Below, one piece after another: positions 22,366 through 30,621 of a stretch of DNA of 64,000 bases. Under the pieces are notes generated by a model. The model was not told the DNA's origin and searched no databases. It worked only from the letters and a program-made list of their open reading frames with translations. Source of the DNA: an uncultured Solirubrobacterales bacterium (GTDB lineage: Bacteria; Actinomycetota; Thermoleophilia; Solirubrobacterales; Solirubrobacteraceae); assembly GCA_963705775.1 (NCBI GenBank), contig CAVPKT010000045.1, positions 4,506 through 68,505 of the forward strand, given 5' to 3'. Numbering within the stretch: the stretch's first letter is position 1; the number at the start of each line of letters is the position of its first letter. The position numbers and the translations under genes are program-made.

Positions 22366-22597
22366 GCGGGGCCGGCCCCGAAGAGCGCGTTCCGTCCCCG
22401 GGCGAGCAGATCCACCTCCCCGGCCCGTCGCTGCTGCCATTCATATCCGCCGCTGCCATCACGGGGATCGTGATCGGGACGACGATCTGTGGGTGTGGTC
22501 GGCGATCGGCGGGGTGGTGCTGATCATCTGCGTGTTCCGCTGGGTATCTGAGACGAGCCGCGACGTGGCGGCGCTACCCGAAGAGCACCAGCACTGA
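22362..22597 (+). CDS. Small 2-TM protein, cytochrome c oxidase subunit IV (CtaF)-like (one frameshift)
   Basis: MSGAGPEERVPSPGEQIHLPGPSLLPFISAAAITGIVIGTT / VWSAIGGVVLIICVFRWVSET..EEHQH*. The IHLP.PS..P motif and two TM helices resemble oxidase accessory subunits. Confidence 0.6.
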
Positions 22598-22606
22598 GGG
22601 GGATCC

Positions 22607-23023
22607 CTAGCCCGACGCTGCCGCGCCCGCGGGCACATCACAGCTGGCCCCATCCCCGGTCCAGCAGCGCACGATGTCTCGCATCGAGAGGATCCCCACG
22701 AGCTCGCCGGAGTCGACCACGACCAGATGGCGGAACCTGCCGCGGACCATCGCCCCAGCCGCCTGCTCGAGCGACCAGTCGGGAGCGGCGAACGTCAGTT
22801 TCGAGGTCAGGTGGTCCGCGACGACCTCCTTGTCGGGATCCTCGCCGATGCCGAGCGACGTCAGGATGTCACGCTCGGTGATCACCCCGGGTCCCGGTGC
22901 CTCCGGGTCGACCACGACCGCCGCCCCCACGTTGCGGCGGTGCATCGCCGCTGACGCCTCACGCAGCGTGTGTCCTGGGCCGATCGTGAGTACGACGCTG
23001 GACATCCCGTCTCGCACTTGCAT
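22607..23023 (-). CDS. Stand-alone CBS-pair protein
   Basis: MQVRDGM, NVGAAVV, GVITERDI, RFRHLVVVD..LVGILSMRDIV. Confidence 0.9.
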   Translation of the reverse strand: MQVRDGMSSVVLTIGPGHTLREASAAMHRRNVGAAVVVDPEAPGPGVITERDILTSLGIGEDPDKEVVADHLTSKLTFAAPDWSLEQAAGAMVRGRFRHLVVVDSGELVGILSMRDIVRCWTGDGASCDVPAGAAASG

Positions 23024-23171
23024 GGGCATCTCCCCGGCTTGTTTGCAACTTTTGACGCAATCATACCCAGGCGCCCAGGCCCGGTCAGATGCTTGACTCC
23101 ACTCACGCGTTCGTCGCCGGAAACGCATAGGATGCGGACCTTCGAGATGCGTCTGGGCCGAGCTGACAGAG

Positions 23172-24383
23172 TTGCGTAAGCGTCCTGTTTTGCAGATGGT
23201 CGTGATGGGGGTGATCGGGGTCGCCATCCTGATCCCAATCGCGCTGGTGATCCCGTGGTTCCCGGCCAATGCCTCCAAGCAGGCGGGGAACGTCCGCACG
23301 CTCTACAAGGTCCTGCTGATCGCGACCGTGCCGATCTTCGTGCTGGTGGAGACCGTGGTGCTGTTCTCCGTCTGGAAGTTCCGGATGCGCGCTGGCGACG
23401 AGGAGAAGGACGGACCGCCGATCCACGGAAACACGCGCCTCGAGGTCGTCTGGACGGTGCTCCCCGCGTGTCTGATCTTGGGGCTTTGCGCCTACGCCTA
23501 CACGGTGCTGCACTCCAACGAGAAGAGCAAGTCGGGGGAGATGACGGTGAATGTGACAACCCGCCAGTTCGGGTTTGAGTTTGCCTACCCCGGCCTTGAT
23601 GGGAAGAACGTGGTATCCCCGGTCCTGTACCTACCCAAGGGTAAGCCCGTCGTCTTCAGGCTCCGCTCGCTCGACGTGATCCACAGCTTTTTCGTCCCGG
23701 AGTTTTCCCAGAAGCTCGATGCCGTTCCCGGCATCACGACGACCCTGCGGGTCACCCCTACCCGGCTCGGCACCTATCCGGCAGAGTGCACCGAGCTCTG
23801 CGGGGCGGGACACTCGCTGATGCGCGCGACGGTGCACGTCGTGACGCCGGCGACGTTCCAGAGCTGGGTCAGCGCCCAGCCCGCCAACGCGACCCCGCCG
23901 CTGGGCACGCCAGCGCCGAGCGCCGCCGAGAAGGGCGAGCCCGGGGCGCCGTCCACGGCGCCCGCAAACAGCAGCGGCAGCATCGGCGGAGCGGCCTCCG
24001 CTCCGAGCGCCTCGTCGACCACAACCTCGACCGCCGGCACGGGCTCGTCCGCACCATCGACGTCCAGCGCAGCCGGTAAGACGGTGTTCACGCAGACCGC
24101 ATCTCCCACGTGCGGCGCGTGCCACACGCTTGCGGCTGCGGGCGCCACGGGGACCGTCGGCCCCAACCTCGACACGAGGCTGAAAAGCGACTGCGCCACG
24201 GCTTCCTCCAAGCGGATCCGCGGCGCGACGCTGCAGCAGTGCATCTTCACCGCGATCACGAGCCCATACAAGTACATCCCGTCCGGCTACCAGCCTGGGA
24301 TCATGCCGTCGAACTTCGCCAAGACCCTGACCGGGGCCCAGATCCAGTCGCTCGTCACGTTCCTCGCGAGCGCAGCAAAATGA
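23172..24383 (+). CDS. ctaC: Cytochrome c oxidase subunit II, copy 2, with C-terminal cytochrome c domain (caa3-like)
   Basis: Two TM helices, DVIHSFFVP, CuA motif CTELCGAGHSLM, S/T/A/P-rich linker, then CGACH heme c motif with distal Met (GIMP). Confidence 0.95.
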   Translation: MRKRPVLQMVVMGVIGVAILIPIALVIPWFPANASKQAGNVRTLYKVLLIATVPIFVLVETVVLFSVWKFRMRAGDEEKDGPPIHGNTRLEVVWTVLPACLILGLCAYAYTVLHSNEKSKSGEMTVNVTTRQFGFEFAYPGLDGKNVVSPVLYLPKGKPVVFRLRSLDVIHSFFVPEFSQKLDAVPGITTTLRVTPTRLGTYPAECTELCGAGHSLMRATVHVVTPATFQSWVSAQPANATPPLGTPAPSAAEKGEPGAPSTAPANSSGSIGGAASAPSASSTTTSTAGTGSSAPSTSSAAGKTVFTQTASPTCGACHTLAAAGATGTVGPNLDTRLKSDCATASSKRIRGATLQQCIFTAITSPYKYIPSGYQPGIMPSNFAKTLTGAQIQSLVTFLASAAK

Positions 24384-24399
24384 CCACGGAGATCAGCTG

Positions 24400-26388
24400 A
24401 TGGCCACCACTGCACCCGCAATTCCGCATACGCCGGCCGCCCCCAGCAAGACCCGCGTGCCGTTGCCCCCGCGCCTCCGGCAGCCCGGCTGGTACCGCGC
24501 GGCTCTCTGCAGCGTGATCGGCTTGGCGTTTGCTCTGGGGATCACGGCGCTGATCCGCTGGCTGGAACATCAGCACCCGGTCATCGACGGGCACGCGATC
24601 ACGATCGTCGGCCTGTTCTCGGCCCCGCTCGGATTCCTGCTCGGAATCGGGACCTGCGACTACTGGCTTTACTGGGCGGCCGGGCGGCCGACGCGTCCCG
24701 AGGACCACTCGGGACACGGCGCTCACAGCTGGCGCGACTACTTCCGGGTCAACACCGACCACAAGGTGATCGGGATCCAGTACACGGTCACCTCGTTCTT
24801 CTTCCTGTTCGTCGGCGGCCTGCTCGCGATGCTGATCCGCGCCCAGCTCGCCAAGCCGGGCATGCAGTTCCTCACCCCGGAGGAGTACAACGGCGTCTTC
24901 TCCGTCCACGCGACGGTGCTGATTTTCCTGTTCGTGATCCCGGTGTTCGCCGGTCTGGCGAACTTCGTGCTGCCGCTGATGATCGGCGCGCCGGACATGG
25001 CGTTCCCCCGTCTGAACGCGCTCTCGTTCTGGCTGCTGCCGCTCGGCGGGGTCATCATGATGTTCAGCTTCCTCGCGCCGGGCGGCTCGTTCGCGTCAGG
25101 CTGGACCGCCTACGCGCCGCTGTCGACCACGATGCCGCTCGGCCAGCTGTTTTTCTCGATCGGGGTTCAGTTCGCGGGGTTCTCGTCGATCTTCACCGCG
25201 CTCAACTTCCTGGTGACGATCATCACGATGCGGGCGCCGGGAATGAGCTTCTTCCGGATGCCGCTGCTCGTATGGGCGAACTTCTCGACGTCCCTGCTGG
25301 TCGTGATCGCGACCCCGTTCATCGCGGCTTCGCAGTTCTTTGTGTTGCTCGACACCGCCCTGCACTTCCATTTCTTCGACGCGTTCGTCGGCCCCGGCAA
25401 GGACGGCAACGTGATCATGTACCAGCACGTCTTCTGGTTCTACTCGCATCCGGCCGTGTACATCATGATGCTGCCGGGGTTCGGGATCATCTCGGAGATC
25501 ATCGCGGTGAAGTCGCGAAAACCGATCTTCGGATACCGGATGATGGCGTTCTCGTTGTTAGCCATCGTCGTGCTCGGATTCACCGTATGGGCGCATCACA
25601 TGTTCGTCTCCGGCATGTCGCCGTGGATCCGGATCCCGATGATGATCACGACCGCGATCATTGCCGTCCCGACGGGGATCAAGATCTTCTCCTGGTTGGC
25701 GACGCTGTGGCGCGGGGTGCTTCACCTCGATACGCCGATGCTGTTCGCGCTCGGATTCCTCACGATGTTCACGCTCGGAGGGATCAGCGGCGTGATGCTC
25801 GCGATGATCCCGTTCGACATCCACGTGTCACAGACGTACTTCATCGTCGCCCACATTCACTATGTGCTGTTCGGCGGCTCGCTGTTCACGATCTTCGCTG
25901 GCGTCTACTACTGGTTCCCCAAGATGACCGGGCGGATGTTCGACGACCGCCTGGGCAAGTGGCACTTCTGGTTGACGTTCATCTTCTTCAACCTCACCTT
26001 CGGCCCGATGCACCTGATCGGGATCCAGGGCATGCCGCGGCGCGTGGCGGAATACGCCTCGAAGTTCGCAGCCTGGAACCTGTTCATCTCGATCTCGGCG
26101 TTCATCCTCGGCCTGAGCGCGCTGATCTTCCTCTACAACATGGTCGCCAGCTGGCGCCATGGCCCGAAGGCGGTGGCGAACCCCTGGCGGGCGCTGACGC
26201 TCGAGTGGCAGGTCTCCTCGCCCCCACCGGTCTTCAACTTCGACGCCGTCCCGACGGTCGTCGGCGGGCCGTACGAGTACGGTGTGCCGGGCGCGGTGCA
26301 CGGCATCTTCAAGCCGCCGGCTGAGGCCAAGCCGCAGGTGGCCGCGGGCGGGTTCACGACACCTCCGACTCAGCAGAGGCACGAATGA
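24400..26388 (+). CDS. ctaD: Cytochrome c oxidase subunit I, copy 2 (A2 type, N-terminal TM extension)
   Basis: NTDHKVIG, VHATVL, DMAFPRLN, WFYSHPAVY, WAHHMF, HIHY, GMPRR. Confidence 0.96.
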   Translation: MATTAPAIPHTPAAPSKTRVPLPPRLRQPGWYRAALCSVIGLAFALGITALIRWLEHQHPVIDGHAITIVGLFSAPLGFLLGIGTCDYWLYWAAGRPTRPEDHSGHGAHSWRDYFRVNTDHKVIGIQYTVTSFFFLFVGGLLAMLIRAQLAKPGMQFLTPEEYNGVFSVHATVLIFLFVIPVFAGLANFVLPLMIGAPDMAFPRLNALSFWLLPLGGVIMMFSFLAPGGSFASGWTAYAPLSTTMPLGQLFFSIGVQFAGFSSIFTALNFLVTIITMRAPGMSFFRMPLLVWANFSTSLLVVIATPFIAASQFFVLLDTALHFHFFDAFVGPGKDGNVIMYQHVFWFYSHPAVYIMMLPGFGIISEIIAVKSRKPIFGYRMMAFSLLAIVVLGFTVWAHHMFVSGMSPWIRIPMMITTAIIAVPTGIKIFSWLATLWRGVLHLDTPMLFALGFLTMFTLGGISGVMLAMIPFDIHVSQTYFIVAHIHYVLFGGSLFTIFAGVYYWFPKMTGRMFDDRLGKWHFWLTFIFFNLTFGPMHLIGIQGMPRRVAEYASKFAAWNLFISISAFILGLSALIFLYNMVASWRHGPKAVANPWRALTLEWQVSSPPPVFNFDAVPTVVGGPYEYGVPGAVHGIFKPPAEAKPQVAAGGFTTPPTQQRHE

Positions 26389-27227
26389 CGACGATTCTTG
26401 TCGTCGCCAACGAGACCCTCGGCGGCAAAACGCTGATCGATGCGGTTCGCGAGCGCGCCGCGAAGGGTGACGCGCGCTTCGTCCTGTGCGTGCCTCAGAA
26501 CAGGCCTCGAGCCGGCCTCGTGATCTACGACGACGCGGTACACGACGCCGCCCAGGCGCGGGTCGATCTCGCGCTGTCGTTCCTCCATGCCGAGGGCATC
26601 GATGCGATCGGCGAGGTCGGCGATCCCGACCCCTATACCGCGGCCATGGATGCGGTCCAGGAATACCGGCCGGACGAGATCATCGTCTCGACGCTCCCCG
26701 AGACCCGCTCAGGCTGGCTGCGCCGCGACCTGATCGATCGCGTCAGGGAGGCGTCAGGACTGCCGGTAGAGCACATCACCTCTGACATCGATACCGAGGG
26801 CTTGCCATTCCGCGTCACGCTGGCGGTCGCGAACCGCACTGCGAGCGGCGATGAGCTGCTGAGCGCGCTCAAGGCCAGGGCCGAGTCCGACCCCGAGGGG
26901 GAGCGAGGACACCTGTTCCTCGTCGTGGTGCCGCAGGAGGGAGGTGACGGCCAGGCCGCGCGCCGGGCGCGCACCCGCTTGAAGCTCGTGCTCGACCGGC
27001 TTCGCGCCGCCGGGCTGTTCGCCGCCGGGATGATCGGCGACCCCGACCCGTACACGGCGATCATGAACGCGCTCCAGTACTTCCGGGTCGACGACATCGT
27101 GATCTCCACGTACCCGGAAACGAAGTCCGGCTGGCTGCGCGCGGACCTGGTCGAGCGCGTCAGGAACGCCACCGGCAAGCCCGTCGAGCACGTGGTCCAA
27201 GGCGACGCAGCGGGCGCCAGCGCCTAG
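26385..27227 (+). CDS. Hypothetical protein made of two tandem USP-like (adenine nucleotide alpha-hydrolase fold) domains
   Basis: Internal duplication: ILVVANET..GEVGDPDPYTAAMDA..DEIIVSTLPETRSGWLRRDL..GLPVEH versus LAVANRT..GMIGDPDPYTAIMNA..DDIVISTYPETKSGWLRADL..GKPVEH. ATGA overlap with ctaD. The fold call is inference. Confidence 0.8.
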   Translation: MTTILVVANETLGGKTLIDAVRERAAKGDARFVLCVPQNRPRAGLVIYDDAVHDAAQARVDLALSFLHAEGIDAIGEVGDPDPYTAAMDAVQEYRPDEIIVSTLPETRSGWLRRDLIDRVREASGLPVEHITSDIDTEGLPFRVTLAVANRTASGDELLSALKARAESDPEGERGHLFLVVVPQEGGDGQAARRARTRLKLVLDRLRAAGLFAAGMIGDPDPYTAIMNALQYFRVDDIVISTYPETKSGWLRADLVERVRNATGKPVEHVVQGDAAGASA

Positions 27228-27235
27228 GAGCCCGT

Positions 27236-27838
27236 ATGGAAGCCGCCTCAATCGCCCACGCCGAGCACCACGGCCCGCCCCCTGCACACAAGTCCTCGCG
27301 CGTCGAGGCCCCGACGCTGGGGATGCTGCTTTTCATCATCTCCGAGGTGATGATCTTCGGCGCGTTCTTCACCGCGTACTTCTTCATCCGCGTCGTCACG
27401 CACGACCCCTGGCCGGCGCACGGCACCACGCTCCCTGAGGCGGTCGCGGGCGTGAACACGGCGATCCTCCTGTCGTCGTCGCTCACGATCCACTGGGCGC
27501 TTCACTCGATCAAGAACGGCAACCGGTTCGGGCTCAAGGCGGGAATGGTGGCCACCTTCCTCCTCGGTCTGACGTTCCTGTTCGTGCAGGTCAACGAGTA
27601 CGTCCACCTGGGTTTCGCGCCGCACGACAGCGCCCAGGGAACCATCTTCTACTCGCTTACGGGGCTCCACGGCGCCCACGTGATCATCGGCTTGGGCGCG
27701 CTTCTGATCGTCACGATCCGATCGTTCCGGGGGCATTACTCCCCGGAGAACCACCAGGGGATGGAAGTGCCCGGCATCTACTGGCACTTCGTCGACTTCA
27801 TGTGGGTCATCGTCTACACGACGGTGTACGTCATCTGA
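27236..27838 (+). CDS. ctaE: Cytochrome c oxidase subunit III
   Basis: GMLLFIISEVMIFGAFF, NTAILLSSS, TGLHGAHV, YWHFVD; RBS AGGAG. Confidence 0.95.
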   Translation: MEAASIAHAEHHGPPPAHKSSRVEAPTLGMLLFIISEVMIFGAFFTAYFFIRVVTHDPWPAHGTTLPEAVAGVNTAILLSSSLTIHWALHSIKNGNRFGLKAGMVATFLLGLTFLFVQVNEYVHLGFAPHDSAQGTIFYSLTGLHGAHVIIGLGALLIVTIRSFRGHYSPENHQGMEVPGIYWHFVDFMWVIVYTTVYVI

Positions 27839-27954
27839 GCCGCCTGCCGAACCCCCTCCGCTCCGAGGCCGAGGCGTTCCGAGCGCTCGTCTACTTCGTG
27901 GCGCTGGTCGCGGCGATCGTCGTGATCGTGCTGATCATCGAGGCGCTTACCTAG
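27835..27954 (+). CDS. Small single-TM protein (36-39 aa, apparent CTG start), not in ORF track
   Basis: (LSR)LPNPLRSEAEAFRALVYFVALVAAIVVIVLIIEALT*, with strong G/C at third codon positions. Only CTG starts (27835, 27844) lie near the ctaE stop. Confidence 0.55.
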   Translation: MSRLPNPLRSEAEAFRALVYFVALVAAIVVIVLIIEALT

Positions 27955-28072
27955 GCGGTCTGAGCGGCGTCTCAGCGCCGCATCGCCGAACTCTGTCCCA
28001 TTTGTCCCGAGGGGTGGGGAAGGACGGACATCGTTCGGACGAGCAGGGGGGCGGTCTTGCCGCCGGGGGGTG

Positions 28073-28798
28073 CTATTTCGACGCGGTCGCGAGGAAGTTC
28101 ACGAGCGCGGTGATCTCGTTCGGCTTCAGCTTGGTCCCGAAGTCGTTCGGCATCACGCCCGAGGCGTACCCGGAGGGGATGAACGAGTACGGGGCGACGA
28201 TCGCCTTGCGGATGCAGCCGGGGAGCGCCTTGCCGCGGACCTTCTGAGATGCGGGAAGCGCACAGTCGCTCTTCAGCCGCGTATCGAGGTTCGGGCCGAC
28301 GGTCCCGGTCGCGTTCGCCGCGGCGAGCGTGTGGCAGCTCGCGCAACCGTTGTTGGCGAATACCTGCTTGCCCGCCGCAGGCGAGGTCCCGGCGACCACG
28401 ATTCCCTGGGCGAGGTTGCCGGTGTCCTGACCCGGGATCGAGGCCACGAGACCCACGTACGCGGCGACGTCCTGGGCGTCCTGTCCCTTGTACAGCCGCG
28501 CCGGCATCACGCCCTGGGTGTTCGGGTACTGGATCCAGTAGTCGACGAGACCCTGGATCGAGGTGCTCTTCACGCCGTCGGCGCGATCCTGGCGGAACAC
28601 GTCGTCGAGGTTGGGCCCGGTCGTCCCCGTCGTACCCGCGTGGCTGAGCGTGTGGCAGGCACCACATTTCTGGACGAACAGCTGTTTACCCCGGGGCAAA
28701 TTCGTCACCGGGTGCTTGAGCGTGCAGCCGGCCACCAACACCACCAGGAGCGCCCCTAGGACCAGCGCCGCGAGCATGCGGGGAGTGGCTCTGACCAT
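28073..28798 (-). CDS. Di-heme cytochrome c lipoprotein
   Basis: Lipobox LVAG-C; two CXXCH motifs (CGACH, CASCH), each followed by GPNLD and a distal GVMP. Confidence 0.92.
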   Translation of the reverse strand: MVRATPRMLAALVLGALLVVLVAGCTLKHPVTNLPRGKQLFVQKCGACHTLSHAGTTGTTGPNLDDVFRQDRADGVKSTSIQGLVDYWIQYPNTQGVMPARLYKGQDAQDVAAYVGLVASIPGQDTGNLAQGIVVAGTSPAAGKQVFANNGCASCHTLAAANATGTVGPNLDTRLKSDCALPASQKVRGKALPGCIRKAIVAPYSFIPSGYASGVMPNDFGTKLKPNEITALVNFLATASK

Positions 28799-28876
28799 CG
28801 TCGGGCGCGCACTCTATCCAAGCTCGAGGCGTCGCCGCAGCACGCCGTGGTACGCCAGCCGGTACGATGGCGCCGG

Positions 28877-29146
28877 ATGCGCACCCGTCAGAAGTATCGG
28901 ATGCGGTCGGCCTCGACTGGTAGGGAACTGATCATCGAGGCCGAGTTGGATCACGTCTACCACGACCGGGATACGGGCGAGGAGCTCGAGGTTGTTGCCG
29001 AGCTTCTGCCACTCGCGCCGACCCCTTCGGAGCTGCCGTGGTCGGTGGAGAACCTCCGTTTCTGCAACTGGTGTGACCAGCTCGCACAGAAGGACCTCAA
29101 CGACTGTCCGCACTGCGGCAGGCGGATGGAACCCCTGGGCTCGTAG
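28877..29146 (+). CDS. Hypothetical protein with C-terminal zinc ribbon
   Basis: CNWC-x10-CPHC. TACGAT -10 lies 8 nt before the ATG (leaderless-like). Confidence 0.75.
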   Translation: MRTRQKYRMRSASTGRELIIEAELDHVYHDRDTGEELEVVAELLPLAPTPSELPWSVENLRFCNWCDQLAQKDLNDCPHCGRRMEPLGS

Positions 29147-29161
29147 GCGCGGGCGGTGGAT

Positions 29162-29587
29162 ATGCGTAGACCAGTCTCGATCCTCGCTGCACTCCTCGCC
29201 GGTGGCTCGCTCGCGACAGGCGTGGCTGCCTGCGGCGGCAGCGGTTCAGGGACCACCGACACATCGGGCGCGCCCGACCTGACCGTTCCCGCCGGTAGCG
29301 CGAATCTCTCGACCCCGTCCTCGAGCGGCACCAACACCAGCACCACCTCGACCTCCACCACTACCACGAGCTCGTCGGGCGGCACGTCCGCGTCGGGCGC
29401 AAGCGGCGGAACCGCGGCGACCGGCGGAACGGGCGCCACCGGTAATACGGGGGGCACAGCCGGGACAACCGGAGGTGCGGGTGCAGGCGGCGCGACCGGT
29501 GGCACCGGTAGAACCGGTGGAACCGGCGGTGGTACGGGCGGTGGTACGGGCGGCGCGGGCTCCGGTGGCACCGGGCTTACGCCGTAG
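29162..29587 (+). CDS. Gly/Thr/Ser-rich low-complexity lipoprotein
   Basis: Lipobox VAA-CGG, followed by T/S runs and (GGT)n/(TGG)n repeats. Confidence 0.75.
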   Translation: MRRPVSILAALLAGGSLATGVAACGGSGSGTTDTSGAPDLTVPAGSANLSTPSSSGTNTSTTSTSTTTTSSSGGTSASGASGGTAATGGTGATGNTGGTAGTTGGAGAGGATGGTGRTGGTGGGTGGGTGGAGSGGTGLTP

Positions 29588-29604
29588 TTACCGCCGCGGG
29601 CTGG

Positions 29605-30348
29605 CTACTTAGTCTTCGGTACGGGCGGCGTCGTCAACTCGACGCCGGCGTACTCGGCGCGCGTGCCGGGGTAGTTGCACAGGTACTTGGTGCTCGCACC
29701 TATGGTCAGCTGCGCATTCTGCTGCCCGCCCGGCGTGGTGCAGTTGAACTCGCGGCTCTGCCGGTAGGCGTAAAAGCTGGGCGACAGGTTGTAGGAGAGG
29801 ATCGGCGCCCAGGTCGGGACACTCAGAGCCAGTGCCTCGCCCTGTGTGACCGGGATCGGCGTCTTCAGCGGAAACTGGACGACATATCCGAGGTACGGCT
29901 GCAGGTTGAAGGCGGGGCTTTGGGCGACGACGGTCCAGCGGCTGCTGCGCCCCGGCTTGAGCACCGTCAACTGCGCCTCCGTTGGGCCACCGTATTTCGA
30001 GTTCAACGTGTTGATGAACGACTTGTTGGTCGTCGGATTGGTTGACAGCTGCGCGACCCCAACCTGGAAGGCGACGATCACACCCGCCTGCTTGACGCTG
30101 GTGGGGAAGCCCGCGCGGTTTGTGATCGTCTCGAGCGCCGTGGCCCGGGTCATGACGATCGTGCAGTTCTGCGGAGCGACGCCGGTCGGGCACACCGGCG
30201 CCTTGACGGGCGTGCTCGTGCCACCGAGCACCACGACCCTACCGAGCTGGCTACCGATCGGGGGGTTGCTGGAAGTGGCCGCCCAGGCTGTCGCGGCCGC
30301 AGCTACGAGCAGGGCCGCGGCGATCGTTGCCACCAAAGAACGCCTCAT
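29605..30348 (-). CDS. Secreted hypothetical protein
   Basis: Signal peptide MRRSLVATIAAALLVAAAATAWA, four Cys, intact 247 aa ORF. Confidence 0.75.
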   Translation of the reverse strand: MRRSLVATIAAALLVAAAATAWAATSSNPPIGSQLGRVVVLGGTSTPVKAPVCPTGVAPQNCTIVMTRATALETITNRAGFPTSVKQAGVIVAFQVGVAQLSTNPTTNKSFINTLNSKYGGPTEAQLTVLKPGRSSRWTVVAQSPAFNLQPYLGYVVQFPLKTPIPVTQGEALALSVPTWAPILSYNLSPSFYAYRQSREFNCTTPGGQQNAQLTIGASTKYLCNYPGTRAEYAGVELTTPPVPKTK

Positions 30349-30417
30349 GCTCGTGATTCAACACGATTGACCGGCGTTAGTTGCGATTCGCGCTGCAAAC
30401 GGGACAGATCGCCGGGC

Positions 30418-30621
30418 CTACAGCTTCGTGACGTTCACCGCCTTGGGACCCTTCGGCCCCTCCTCTTCCTCATAGGAGACCTTGGCGCCCTCGGCCAGCG
30501 ACCGGTAACCGTCGCCGGCGACGCCCGTGAAGTGAACGAACAGATCGCGACCACCATCGTCGGGTGTGATGAACCCGAAGCCCTTGTCGTCGCTGAACCA
30601 CTTGACCGTACCTGTTGGCAT
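30418..30621 (-). CDS. cspA: Cold-shock protein
   Basis: [18 protein letters not shown] (RNP1), LFVHF (RNP2); RBS GAGGTGG. Confidence 0.96.
   Translation of the reverse strand: MPTGTVKWFSDDKGFGFITPDDGGRDLFVHFTGVAGDGYRSLAEGAKVSYEEEEGPKGPKAVNVTKL

Noticed and set aside
23030-23171. Rex, FNR or CRP box controlling the second oxidase operon
   Set aside because: No match to TTGTGAA-N4-TTCACAA, TTGAT-N4-ATCAA or TGTGA-N6-TCACA.
29330-29580. Tandem GGTGGTACGGGC-like repeats as a CRISPR or repeat element
   Set aside because: They are in-frame Gly/Thr codon repeats within a lipoprotein and have no spacers.
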